From an uncultured bacterium (GTDB lineage: Bacteria; Patescibacteriota; Minisyncoccia; UBA6257; 2-01-FULL-56-20), in NCBI GenBank assembly GCA_963707865.1, contig OY970175.1, positions 822,028 to 886,027 of the forward strand: a DNA stretch of 64,000 bases. Direction: 5' to 3'. The position numbers and the translations under genes were made by a program. Shown piece after piece: positions 1-8,148 of the stretch. Numbering within the stretch: position 1 is the stretch's first letter; the number at the start of each line of letters is the position of its first letter. The notes beneath the pieces are model-generated. The model was not told where the DNA came from. It saw nothing but the letters and a program-made list of their open reading frames with translations, and did not search any database.

Positions 1-780
1 CACGACAACGTCTTATTCTTTACGAACCGCGGACGCGCCTTTCAGACGAAGGTATATGAGATCCCGCAGGCGACGCGCATCTCAAAAGGCAAGGCCATCC
101 AGAACTTTTTGGAGCTGCCGGCGGACGAAACGGTTAGCGCAATCGTGAACTACTCCGCGAGAGGTCCAAAACACGCAGAGAAAAAATATTTGATGATGGT
201 TACGAAGCGGGGGGTGATCAAAAAGTCGCCACTTGGGGATTTTGAAAATATCCGCCGCACCGGCATCATTGCGATCAAGCTCAAAAAAGGAGATCAGCTC
301 AAATGGGCGCGGCTCACGGGCGGTGCGGACCAGGTGATCCTCGTCACGCGCCAAGGACAGTCCATCCGCTTTGATGAAAAGCAGGTGCGTTCCATGGGGC
401 GGGCCGCGGCGGGCGTCCGTGCGATTAAGCTTAAGAAGCAGAACGACGAAGTCGCGGGCTTTGATATAATCAAAGGAGGAGAAGAAAAGCTCCTTGTGGT
501 TATGGAGAACGGTTTCGCAAAGCAGACGCCGCTCAAGGAATATAAGACACAGAGCCGAGGCGGATCGGGCGTGAAGACCGCGGAAATCACGGCGAAGACA
601 GGACCCCTGACCTCCGCGCACGTCGTGACCGAAGAGAAGGAGGTCTTCGCGCTTTCGGCGAAGGGGCAGATGATCCGCACCGAGCTCAAGGCGGTGCGCA
701 CGACGGGGCGCGCGGCGCAGGGCGTGCACATCATGAATCTGAAGAGCGGCGATCGGTTGGCCGGCACCGTTGTCATCTAA
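1..780 (+). CDS. gyrA: DNA gyrase subunit A, C-terminal domain (5'-partial, continues upstream of window)
   Basis: Frame-1 ORF is open from base 1. VLFFTNRGRAFQ, the QSRGGSG GyrA-box-like motif and repeated beta-pinwheel blades (VILVTRQGQSIRF, LLVVMENGFAK, VFALSAKGQMIR) are seen. Confidence 0.85.
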   Translation, partial: HDNVLFFTNRGRAFQTKVYEIPQATRISKGKAIQNFLELPADETVSAIVNYSARGPKHAEKKYLMMVTKRGVIKKSPLGDFENIRRTGIIAIKLKKGDQLKWARLTGGADQVILVTRQGQSIRFDEKQVRSMGRAAAGVRAIKLKKQNDEVAGFDIIKGGEEKLLVVMENGFAKQTPLKEYKTQSRGGSGVKTAEITAKTGPLTSAHVVTEEKEVFALSAKGQMIRTELKAVRTTGRAAQGVHIMNLKSGDRLAGTVVI

Positions 781-783
781 TAA

Positions 784-2070
784 ATGCCCGCAAAATTTTC
801 CAAAAAACAGATCGTTATCATCGGGGGAGGGATCGTCGTTTTGATTGTCGTTGTCTTCCTCCTTTACGTCGGGTTACGACCAAAGGTGAACACCGGTTCG
901 GGGGTTGCACTTACCGTGTGGGGCACCGAGGATAGCGGGACTTTCGGGGGTCTCCTCGCGTCGTATCCGTACGGGAAGGTGACGTATGTGCAGGTTGATC
1001 CCGCGAACTACCATTCCCAGGTTCTCTCCGCCCTCGCGGCGGGTACCGGCCCTGACGTGTTTGAAGTAAGTAACCGTGAACTCTCAAAGTGGACGTCGGT
1101 GCTCATGCCGATCCCCGCTTCCTCAACGCAGTTCGGTGTCCTCCAGCTTCAAAACTTGTTCCCCGACGCGGTGGCGAGGGATTTTGTTTGGAGTGGGGGA
1201 ATTTATGGACTTCCACTTTCCATTGACACGCTCGCCATGGTGTACAACAAAGATCTTTTTAACGCCGCAGGCATCGCGGTTCCTCCCGCAACCTGGGACG
1301 ATTTTGACGCGGATGTTGTGAAACTTCGCAGCGTGAATGTCTCGGGACAGCTTGTGCGGGCGGCGGCGGCGATCGGCGGCTCGCGCGCGAGCATCCCGAA
1401 CGCCGTTGATATCCTTTCGCTGCTTATGCTCCAAAGCGGGACGCAGATGACGAACAACAAGGGAACCGCCGCGACATTTTTCGACGGCGGGGACAACAGG
1501 ACCACGGGCATAACCGCGTTCAATTTCTACCTGCAATTTGCGAATGCCGTTTCACCGTATTACACCTGGAATGACGGCATGGGGAACGCGGTTGACAGTT
1601 TCGTGGCGGGAAAGACGGCGATCATATTTGCATACCAGTCGGATCTCACGACGATAGAGGCAAAGGCGCCTTACCTCAATATAGGCATCGCGCAAATGCC
1701 GCAGGCGAACGGGGCGAGCATGCCCGTGAACTATCCGGAGTACGACGGCTTCGCGGCGGCGAAAGCGGGCAAGTCGGCCGATGCCTGGAACCTCATCTTT
1801 TATCTCGCGACAAATGCGACGAACGCGGCGGCATATCAAAGCGCGACCGGTAAACCGCCCGCGCTCCGCGCCCTGATTCAGGCAGAGTCAAACAACGCCT
1901 CCCTTTCCGTTTTTGCCACACAGATTTTGACTGCGGAATCATGGTACGAGGCCGACGATACCCAGATAAACGCCATTTTTGACACTGCCATAAAGAACGT
2001 GCTCAGCGGTTCTGCAGATTCATCGCGAGCTTTGAACCAAGCACAAACGGCCGTCAGTCAATTAATGTGA
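784..2070 (+). CDS. extracellular solute-binding protein (ABC transporter family-1 SBP, sugar-type)
   Basis: N-terminal TM/signal anchor. WGTED...GPDVFEV and FAYQSD motifs are typical of family-1 SBPs. 428 aa. Confidence 0.6.
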   Translation: MPAKFSKKQIVIIGGGIVVLIVVVFLLYVGLRPKVNTGSGVALTVWGTEDSGTFGGLLASYPYGKVTYVQVDPANYHSQVLSALAAGTGPDVFEVSNRELSKWTSVLMPIPASSTQFGVLQLQNLFPDAVARDFVWSGGIYGLPLSIDTLAMVYNKDLFNAAGIAVPPATWDDFDADVVKLRSVNVSGQLVRAAAAIGGSRASIPNAVDILSLLMLQSGTQMTNNKGTAATFFDGGDNRTTGITAFNFYLQFANAVSPYYTWNDGMGNAVDSFVAGKTAIIFAYQSDLTTIEAKAPYLNIGIAQMPQANGASMPVNYPEYDGFAAAKAGKSADAWNLIFYLATNATNAAAYQSATGKPPALRALIQAESNNASLSVFATQILTAESWYEADDTQINAIFDTAIKNVLSGSADSSRALNQAQTAVSQLM

Positions 2071-2080
2071 TACTTATAAG

Positions 2081-2545
2081 ATGAAAACGAAACTTATCGG
2101 TGCTCTAGCCTTGTTTGCGATCATAACACCGTATCTTGCGTTCGCATGCAATGCACACAGCACTGTGTGGGATCCGAGCATCCTGAAGGGGCCACTTATC
2201 TCGTGCACGGGAGCAGGTACGGCTGGCGGGACGGACAATGCGAATTGTCATGACCTTTGCGATCTCGTCTGCACCGCGGGGAACGTTATCTATTTCGGTA
2301 TCGGCGTTGTGATCTGGATTATCGCGCCGATTATGATTGCGTGGAGTGGGATTATGCTGCTCATCTCGCGCGGAAGTCCAGAAAAGACAAGTGAGGCGCG
2401 CAAAATGATAACGAGTGTCGTCATAGGATTATTCATCGTCCTTTGCGCGTACATCATCGTGTATACATTTACGCATGTTCTTTTTTCCGCGGTCGGCACC
2501 GTACCTATTGGTGGTTTCGGAGGGCCTGCCTGTACCGTCCAATAA
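2081..2545 (+). CDS. T4SS pilin-like (TrbC/VirB2-like) small membrane protein, paralog 1 (Cys-rich N-terminus)
   Basis: Signal peptide, then two TM helices flanking a short loop with RGSPEK. Same architecture as downstream paralogs with the GG(Y/F)xYxxxxGDPEK...K(T)LLYAxIAxxxAL motif. Confidence 0.6.
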   Translation: MKTKLIGALALFAIITPYLAFACNAHSTVWDPSILKGPLISCTGAGTAGGTDNANCHDLCDLVCTAGNVIYFGIGVVIWIIAPIMIAWSGIMLLISRGSPEKTSEARKMITSVVIGLFIVLCAYIIVYTFTHVLFSAVGTVPIGGFGGPACTVQ

Positions 2546-2552
2546 GCAATAG

Positions 2553-3476
2553 ATGAATTCAGTACTGATCAACATTAACTCCAATCTTCCCGGTTCGGCG
2601 CCCGCAACTTCTATCTCCGGCTTCGTTAGCAATTTCTACAGTTTTGCCCTTCTCGTGGCGGGCATTCTTGCCTTCGGTGCGATCGTCTACGGCGGTATCA
2701 AGTATGCGGCGAGTCGCGGCAACCCTTCGGCTGAGAGCGAGGGAAGAAGCTGGATCACCGGCGCGCTCCTTGGGCTTCTCTTGCTCGCCGGCGCGTACGT
2801 CGTTCTCTACACCGTGAATCCGCAGCTCGTTTCGCTCCAGATTGCCGGACTCGCCGTCCTTCCTGCTCCGCCTCCCGCCCCCCCATCTCCGGCCCCCCCG
2901 CCCGCGCCTACAGGCCCGGGGACATGCCCCATACCACAGCTTTCCCCAATCATTGATCCAGTAGCTTTGCAGATGGAAAACGGTTCGTCGTTGCTTTGGT
3001 CTACGGGAGGAAGGGATTCCAATGTTGATAAAAACCTGGCGAAATTACAGTCAGAGTTCCAAAAATTGCAGGCGGTCGTCGGCGCGGCAGGTGGCCGCGC
3101 GGCGCCGAACTCCGCGTATCGCCCCCTCGGATATCAGATGCACCTTTATGAAATTTACCAAGACTCGGAGATGCTCTTTGCGAATCCGGACTATGCCAAT
3201 CGGCCCGAGTGCGCGCAAATCGTGGCCACGCTCAAAGCCGAAGAGAACAAGCACGGAGTCTGCAGAACCTCCAACCCCTGTTTGGTAGCGGCGCCGAGTG
3301 GTTGCGCTCCTCATGTGAGAGGGATTGGCGTAGATATAGGATTGACCGGAGTGACGTACGATTCCATCAATGCGTTGCTGCAGAGCAACAACATTGATCT
3401 GCGATGGCAAGGATTGCCCGGCGACCAAGTGCACTTCAATCTACAGAATCCGCCCTATACCGGTTGCGGAGGTTAA
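2553..3476 (+). CDS. fusion protein: N-terminal T4SS-pilin-like domain + Pro-rich linker + C-terminal peptidase M15 (VanY/LAS-type) peptidoglycan hydrolase domain
   Basis: N-term GGIKYAASRGNPSAE...LLLAGAYVVLY matches the paralog motif. Linker PAPPPAPPSPAPPPAP follows. C-term carries S-AYRPLGYQ (SxYR-like), HVRGIGVD (HxxGxAxD) and DQVHF (D/ExxH), the LAS/M15 zinc peptidase signature. Confidence 0.6.
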   Translation: MNSVLININSNLPGSAPATSISGFVSNFYSFALLVAGILAFGAIVYGGIKYAASRGNPSAESEGRSWITGALLGLLLLAGAYVVLYTVNPQLVSLQIAGLAVLPAPPPAPPSPAPPPAPTGPGTCPIPQLSPIIDPVALQMENGSSLLWSTGGRDSNVDKNLAKLQSEFQKLQAVVGAAGGRAAPNSAYRPLGYQMHLYEIYQDSEMLFANPDYANRPECAQIVATLKAEENKHGVCRTSNPCLVAAPSGCAPHVRGIGVDIGLTGVTYDSINALLQSNNIDLRWQGLPGDQVHFNLQNPPYTGCGG

Positions 3477-3493
3477 AAATTAACAGCAATATT

Positions 3494-4039
3494 ATGAAAA
3501 AAACGATAATCGTGGTGGTATGCATAGCTGCAATTCTTGGCGTTGGCCTCCTTGTGTTTTTCCTTGTTGGTCGCAAAAACGGAGGCCTAACAAATACAAA
3601 CAGCGCTCCTTCCTTGCCGTCTGTTGGAACGACGGGAACGGGGTCGCAGGCGGAGCCACTTGTCGTGAGCGCGCTTCCCACGAACACACCGCAGGGCAAC
3701 ACGCTTGTGCTTCAGGGTGCGAAGGGCGGCGTCACTGTGAACAATTTTTATAAGGATGCAAAAGGATACTGGCAGGAAATGGATGCGGTTGTTCTTGAGA
3801 AGGCGACCGCGTACACCATCTGGTACTACCGCTCCGACAGCAGTTTTGTGATTGATATGGGAGAAGGAGCGACAGGGAGCGATCAAAAAGGAGCGGAAGA
3901 TTCCCTCGCGCAGATGCTCGGCGTGAGCGGGCGCGATTTCTGCAATCTATCAATCTACGCCACCATCGTGGAAGATAAAGTGACGGGCGTGCGGGAGGCT
4001 ACGTCCCTGGATATGTGCCAAGCCGGGGCATTCCAGTAA
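3494..4039 (+). CDS. hypothetical membrane-anchored/secreted protein
   Basis: ATG at 3494 (MKKTIIVVVCIAAILGVGLLVFFLV) gives an N-terminal TM anchor. No recognisable domain. Sits inside the pilin-like array. Confidence 0.5.
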   Translation: MKKTIIVVVCIAAILGVGLLVFFLVGRKNGGLTNTNSAPSLPSVGTTGTGSQAEPLVVSALPTNTPQGNTLVLQGAKGGVTVNNFYKDAKGYWQEMDAVVLEKATAYTIWYYRSDSSFVIDMGEGATGSDQKGAEDSLAQMLGVSGRDFCNLSIYATIVEDKVTGVREATSLDMCQAGAFQ

Positions 4040-4068
4040 CGGCCGCACCGTGCTACGCTGTAGATAAT

Positions 4069-4437
4069 ATGAGGACGGTGGGAAAAATCTTAAGGCGGAT
4101 CGGATACGTAATTGTTTTGACAATTCTCGGTGTTGTTTCGGTCGCTTCTGCGGCCAGTGCCCCCCCCACACTCACGAACCCCTTGGGAAGCAGCTGTAAC
4201 GACCTGACCTGTCCCCTGACCGCCGTCATGAACTTCATTTTCACTATCTCCATTCCTATCTGTGGTATTATTATCCTGATCGGAGGCTTTCAGATGATGA
4301 CAGCGGCGGGGGATCCGGAAAAATTCAGCACCGGGAAGAAAACCATCCTTTATGCGGTCATCGGGTTCGTGGTTGTTCTTCTCGCGGGAAGCGTCGCCAA
4401 GCTCATTCAGAGCATATTGGGCGGCGGGTCAAGCTAA
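4069..4437 (+). CDS. T4SS pilin-like (TrbC/VirB2-like) protein, paralog 3
   Basis: Signal peptide (VSVASAASA), then GGFQMMTAAGDPEKFSTGKKTILYAVIGFVVVLLAG. Confidence 0.65.
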   Translation: MRTVGKILRRIGYVIVLTILGVVSVASAASAPPTLTNPLGSSCNDLTCPLTAVMNFIFTISIPICGIIILIGGFQMMTAAGDPEKFSTGKKTILYAVIGFVVVLLAGSVAKLIQSILGGGSS

Positions 4438-4450
4438 TAATTTATCGGGC

Positions 4451-4816
4451 ATGGAAAAGATAAAAAATTTGACGGTTGGTGCGATCGGTTCACTCACGAC
4501 GTCGCTTATCACGGTTGTGAACGCGGCGCCAGCTCCTACGAACGTCATCACGAGTCCGTCAGATATTACCACTCTCCTCTGCGATGTATTGAACTGGGTC
4601 TATTGGGGGCTCATCGTAGTGGGAATAATAATGTTCCTCATAGGCGGCTACCGCTATGCGACGTCGGCGGGAGATCCCGAAAGCGTCAGTAAGGCGAACA
4701 AAACGCTTCTTTATGCCGCGATCGCGATCGTAATCGCGCTAGTGGCGAGAGGAGTGCCGCTCTTCATAGGAAGCGTCTTCGGTGTACAGGCTTCAAGTTT
4801 GAGCGTGTGCCCGTAA
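4451..4816 (+). CDS. T4SS pilin-like (TrbC/VirB2-like) protein, paralog 4
   Basis: GGYRYATSAGDPESVSKANKTLLYAAIAIVIALVARG with a preceding TM helix (LNWVYWGLIVVGIIMFLI). Confidence 0.7.
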   Translation: MEKIKNLTVGAIGSLTTSLITVVNAAPAPTNVITSPSDITTLLCDVLNWVYWGLIVVGIIMFLIGGYRYATSAGDPESVSKANKTLLYAAIAIVIALVARGVPLFIGSVFGVQASSLSVCP

Positions 4817-4832
4817 TGGTATAATAAAAACG

Positions 4833-5249
4833 ATGGTGAGGAACATGTTTTACAAACTTAATTCGCGGACAGGCCGGATGTTTCTTTCTGGATTACTCGC
4901 AACTTCCTCGTTTTTTGTGGCACAAGTCGCCGGGGCAACGATTACTCTGAATCCACCGAATGACGTAAAGGCTCCTGTGACGACGCTCGCGACGGGCGAC
5001 ATCACTACCCTTTTCTGCGGCATCATTAACTGGGTTTTCTGGGGGCTCATTGTGCTCGCCGTTGTTATGACTTTGGTGGGGGGTTACCAGTACGCGGTGT
5101 CGTCGGGAGATCCGGAAAAGGTTGGCAAAGCAAACAAAACGCTTCTTTATGCCGCGATCGCGGCTGCGGTTGCCATATGCGCGTGGGGAGTTCCCTCGCT
5201 CATTGGCAGTATCTTGGGTGCCGGCACCCTTGGCACGTTTTGCAAATAA
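4833..5249 (+). CDS. T4SS pilin-like (TrbC/VirB2-like) protein, paralog 5
   Basis: GGYQYAVSSGDPEKVGKANKTLLYAAIAAAVAICAWG. Near-identical motif block to its neighbours. Confidence 0.7.
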   Translation: MVRNMFYKLNSRTGRMFLSGLLATSSFFVAQVAGATITLNPPNDVKAPVTTLATGDITTLFCGIINWVFWGLIVLAVVMTLVGGYQYAVSSGDPEKVGKANKTLLYAAIAAAVAICAWGVPSLIGSILGAGTLGTFCK

Positions 5250-5254
5250 GAACA

Positions 5255-5668
5255 ATGAGGAAATTTAAGACAACACCTCTTTTTGCAGCAGTTGGCGCGA
5301 CGATTTTAGCGGCGATGGCTTTTGCGCGGACCGCCGCTGGTCTCGCGGGCCCCCCGACGCCTCCCGGTATGACTGGGTTGCCCGTGAGTCCGGTTCAGGA
5401 TGTTTATAGCGTTGCCAGCATTGCGTGCGGCATCCTTTTGTGGATCTTTTGGCTTCTCATTATGTTTGCCATCATCATGTTTCTTATAGGCGGCTACCGG
5501 TATGCGACCTCGGCGGGTGAGCCAGAAAAAGTGCAGAGTGCGAATAAGACACTTCTTTATGCCGCAATCGCGGTCGTTGTGGCTCTCTGCGCGTGGGGGA
5601 TTCCAACCCTTATAGACAGTTTCCTGGGAGGATTTAACTGGCGGATGCTCGTGAGCATCTGTGGATAG
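5255..5668 (+). CDS. T4SS pilin-like (TrbC/VirB2-like) protein, paralog 6
   Basis: Start MRKFKTTPLFAAVGATILAAMAFA (signal), then GGYRYATSAGEPEKVQSANKTLLYAAIAVVVALCAWG. Confidence 0.7.
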   Translation: MRKFKTTPLFAAVGATILAAMAFARTAAGLAGPPTPPGMTGLPVSPVQDVYSVASIACGILLWIFWLLIMFAIIMFLIGGYRYATSAGEPEKVQSANKTLLYAAIAVVVALCAWGIPTLIDSFLGGFNWRMLVSICG

Positions 5669-5677
5669 CAAGAGAAC

Positions 5678-5706
5678 TTGTCGGTTATCTTGAGACGAGA
5701 TATACT
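5678..5706 (+). promoter_or_regulatory. candidate sigma70-type promoter (TTGTCG, 17-nt spacer, TATACT) for the paralog-7 gene
   Basis: ttgtcg at 5678-5683, 17-nt spacer, tatact at 5701-5706, about 38 nt upstream of the ATG at 5745. Confidence 0.35.
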
Positions 5707-5744
5707 AAAACGGTAACTGGAAAGGTCGAAAACTCTCATTATTC

Positions 5745-6131
5745 ATGAAAACAGTAAAAGAATTTGCGAAGGGACTGGTAGCGCCGGTCCTCGCGCTCGG
5801 ACTTCCGCTTGTGGCATTGGGGCAGTTTCAGGGGCCGGGCGTGACAGCACCCGCGTCGCCGGTTACAGGCATATCGCAGATCTCAGGCACGAACGGTCTC
5901 CTCTGCACGATCATTAACTGGCTGTTTTATTTAATGATCATCTTGGCCATCATCTTCGTTTTCGTCGCAGCGTTCAAGTACTTAACTGCCGCGGGCGATC
6001 CTGAAAAGGTGAAGTCGGCAGGGAGTACGCTGCTTTATGCGGTCATCGCCGTTGTGATCGCGCTCGTCGCGAAGGGCATACCACTGATCATCTCAAGCTT
6101 CCTTGGTGGGACCGTCTTCACCGCGTGCTAG
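5745..6131 (+). CDS. T4SS pilin-like (TrbC/VirB2-like) protein, paralog 7
   Basis: Signal peptide, then AAFKYLTAAGDPEKVKSAGSTLLYAVIAVVIALVAKG. A candidate promoter lies upstream. Confidence 0.7.
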   Translation: MKTVKEFAKGLVAPVLALGLPLVALGQFQGPGVTAPASPVTGISQISGTNGLLCTIINWLFYLMIILAIIFVFVAAFKYLTAAGDPEKVKSAGSTLLYAVIAVVIALVAKGIPLIISSFLGGTVFTAC

Positions 6132-6164
6132 CCGACCACCATCCGAATCTTGTCACGGCTGCAT

Positions 6165-6196
6165 TTTTCAAAAGGCCCCCTGCGGGGCCTTTTGGG
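6165..6196 (+). terminator. rho-independent terminator (GGCCCC-loop-GGGGCC + T-run) ending the pilin-like array
   Basis: aaaaggccccctgcggggccttttgggtt. Confidence 0.6.
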
Positions 6197-6267
6197 TTCA
6201 TGGCATCGTGCCGCGGGGGAGATGACGATAGTATACGCAAACGGGAGCAAGGCGGCTCTGGTCTTAT

Positions 6268-6323
6268 ATAAAAACAGAATCCCGCCGGCGTGTATAGTGC
6301 TTTTGAGCGCACGCGCGGCGGGT
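6268..6323 (-). terminator. hairpin + T-run terminator for the convergent minus-strand gene
   Basis: cccgccggcg...cgcgcggcggg inverted repeat, followed on the minus strand by a T-run. Confidence 0.4.
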
Positions 6324-6347
6324 CAATTGAATCGGTACGAAAAAACT

Positions 6348-7238
6348 TCATTGGATACGCTGGTACCGAAGCGTTCCAAGGCCCTGCAGGCACTGCTCCC
6401 GCGGCTTGTTATTTAGCCGCTCGTCGTCAAGGTCAGGAGGGTTTACTCCCCAGGGGCCGTACGACACGGTGAACCCCGAAAAGAGAATCCCAAAGTGGCG
6501 GTCGGGCTGGAATGTGACCCAATATTGGCACCACTGCGTCCAGTCGTCCGGCACGACGATGTGCCCCTCCTTACAGAACTCTCCCTTCCCAGAATCGCCC
6601 AGGTCTCCCAAGAGCACGACATCAAAATATTTGATCTTGTCGTGCTTGTGATTGTTGGTTCCATTCGCGTCCTCCTCGTAGAGGTGACGCGAGATGGAGG
6701 TCGGGTCGGGGTTGTAGTTTGGGTAGCCGCCCGCGCTCCAAAGATCGAAACCTGGAGCAAGGCCGAAGCCTTGAGACCGGGCGAACAGAACCGTTATCAA
6801 TATCATGCTGAGTACTAAAACCCTCCGGAACCATTTGTATTGGTTTGCCAAACGGAGGAATATGTACGACAGCACTACGAATATCAACGCAGCCGTCAGT
6901 CTCTGTTTCATTTGAGCTAGGCCTGTAGGCGCGGGAATGATCAGGAGCAGTGCATATGCTCCCGCGGCGAAAACCAACCCAACAACGAATGAGGCCCAGC
7001 GTAGAGTAGGGGTGGTAAGCCCGACGATGATAGTCACTACTGGTTGTCTTGTGAGGACCAGTGTCACGACCACTCCGAAAACCATCGCGAGCCATGGGAG
7101 AGCCTCCGGCATCCAAATTGCCGATGCCAAAATGAGGAGGATGAGGACGAGCCCTATGCGAAGCAGGGCTCGCACAACGAAATTGCCGGACCTCACGAGG
7201 GCCTCCAGAATCCTTCGGACTTCTCTTGCAGTTCCCAT
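6348..7238 (-). CDS. hypothetical polytopic membrane protein with a C-terminal extracytoplasmic domain
   Basis: 296 aa. About 5 hydrophobic helices, then a Cys/Trp-containing C-terminal domain (GEFCKEGH...WTQWCQYW). No family recognised. Confidence 0.5.
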   Translation of the reverse strand: MGTAREVRRILEALVRSGNFVVRALLRIGLVLILLILASAIWMPEALPWLAMVFGVVVTLVLTRQPVVTIIVGLTTPTLRWASFVVGLVFAAGAYALLLIIPAPTGLAQMKQRLTAALIFVVLSYIFLRLANQYKWFRRVLVLSMILITVLFARSQGFGLAPGFDLWSAGGYPNYNPDPTSISRHLYEEDANGTNNHKHDKIKYFDVVLLGDLGDSGKGEFCKEGHIVVPDDWTQWCQYWVTFQPDRHFGILFSGFTVSYGPWGVNPPDLDDERLNNKPREQCLQGLGTLRYQRIQ

Positions 7239-7247
7239 ATTTCCTCC

Positions 7248-7937
7248 TCAGAAGATCAGGCTAAAGAGATCCTTCAACCGTTGGATCCTTCGGCCCTTTC
7301 CTCCCTTTTTCGCCCCGGGCAAACCCTCCGTCCAGTCGGCGATTACTTTCACTCTAGATGCCAAAAGCCTGTCCAACGCCTTCAATTCGGGCTCAATCTC
7401 TTTCCACCCGGCTCGGACATCCTGCTTGAATTTCCTCAGGTCCTCAATCGTGATTTTCCTGGGGGCCGTAGCGGGCTGTTGGGTTTTCTCACGAATGAGA
7501 TCCGCGAGACGGATCCGCAACTGAAGTTCCTTTTTCAGTTGCACGAACACGTCCTTTGCTGCTTTCGTATTCTTGGCTGCCTGGAGCCGCGTGGTGGCGG
7601 ATTTCTGGAAATCTTTGACCCAACTCAGATCGGAAGAGGTCTTCCCCCCTCCCTTACTCTGTTCGCCGATGCTGCGGCCGATGTTCTCCGTGAAGTCGCC
7701 GAGCTTCTCCACTAGCATACCCAGTATCGGTGACTTGACCGGGTCAGTTTTTGACTCGATCCAGCCAGCAAGAGGTCCAAGCATCCTCTCGAAGAGAGGT
7801 GACTTGGCCCAATCTGGAAGGAGAGACGCAACCCAATCTGCTCCCCTTTCCGTCTCTCGGTCGAAAACTTTCGACAGCTCAATCAATAGATTTTTTCGGC
7901 TTTCCTGTTTCGGCGTCGGACCATTCGCGTTCGCCAT
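7248..7937 (-). CDS. hypothetical protein (charged, probably coiled-coil)
   Basis: Preferred start MANANGPT at 7937, preceded by AAGGAGG. Lys/Glu-rich. No family recognised. Confidence 0.45.
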   Translation of the reverse strand: MANANGPTPKQESRKNLLIELSKVFDRETERGADWVASLLPDWAKSPLFERMLGPLAGWIESKTDPVKSPILGMLVEKLGDFTENIGRSIGEQSKGGGKTSSDLSWVKDFQKSATTRLQAAKNTKAAKDVFVQLKKELQLRIRLADLIREKTQQPATAPRKITIEDLRKFKQDVRAGWKEIEPELKALDRLLASRVKVIADWTEGLPGAKKGGKGRRIQRLKDLFSLIF

Positions 7938-8065
7938 ATGAAACCTCCTTAATTGAATTTTCTGGCTCATGCGTGGGTTCGCCCTCGCATGTGCTTCGTA
8001 CATAATAGCATAGAATCTACAATTTGTCAAATATCTTAAATTGTCTTAATATAACAATAGGTTTT

Positions 8066-8146
8066 GCTGGGGTGGCGAAATGGCAAACGCACTGGCTTTA
8101 GGAGCCAGCGCCGCAAGGCTTGTGGGTTCAAGTCCCACCCCCAGCA
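8066..8146 (+). tRNA. tRNA-Leu (anticodon UAG), type II with a 13-nt variable arm
   Basis: Cloverleaf folded by hand. Acceptor gctgggg/ccccagc. Anticodon stem ctggc/gccag with loop tttagga. Variable-arm hairpin gcc-gcaa-ggc. T-arm gtggg-ttcaagt-cccac. Confidence 0.8.
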
Positions 8147-8148
8147 CG

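Noticed and set aside
6937-7715. Plus-strand ORFs 6937-7524 and 7044-7715 overlapping the two minus-strand hypothetical genes
   Set aside because: The minus-strand ORFs have coherent TM helices and a ribosome-binding site (AAGGAGG before 7937). The plus-strand alternatives are Ser/Arg-rich with no features. Confidence in the minus-strand calls is nonetheless only moderate.
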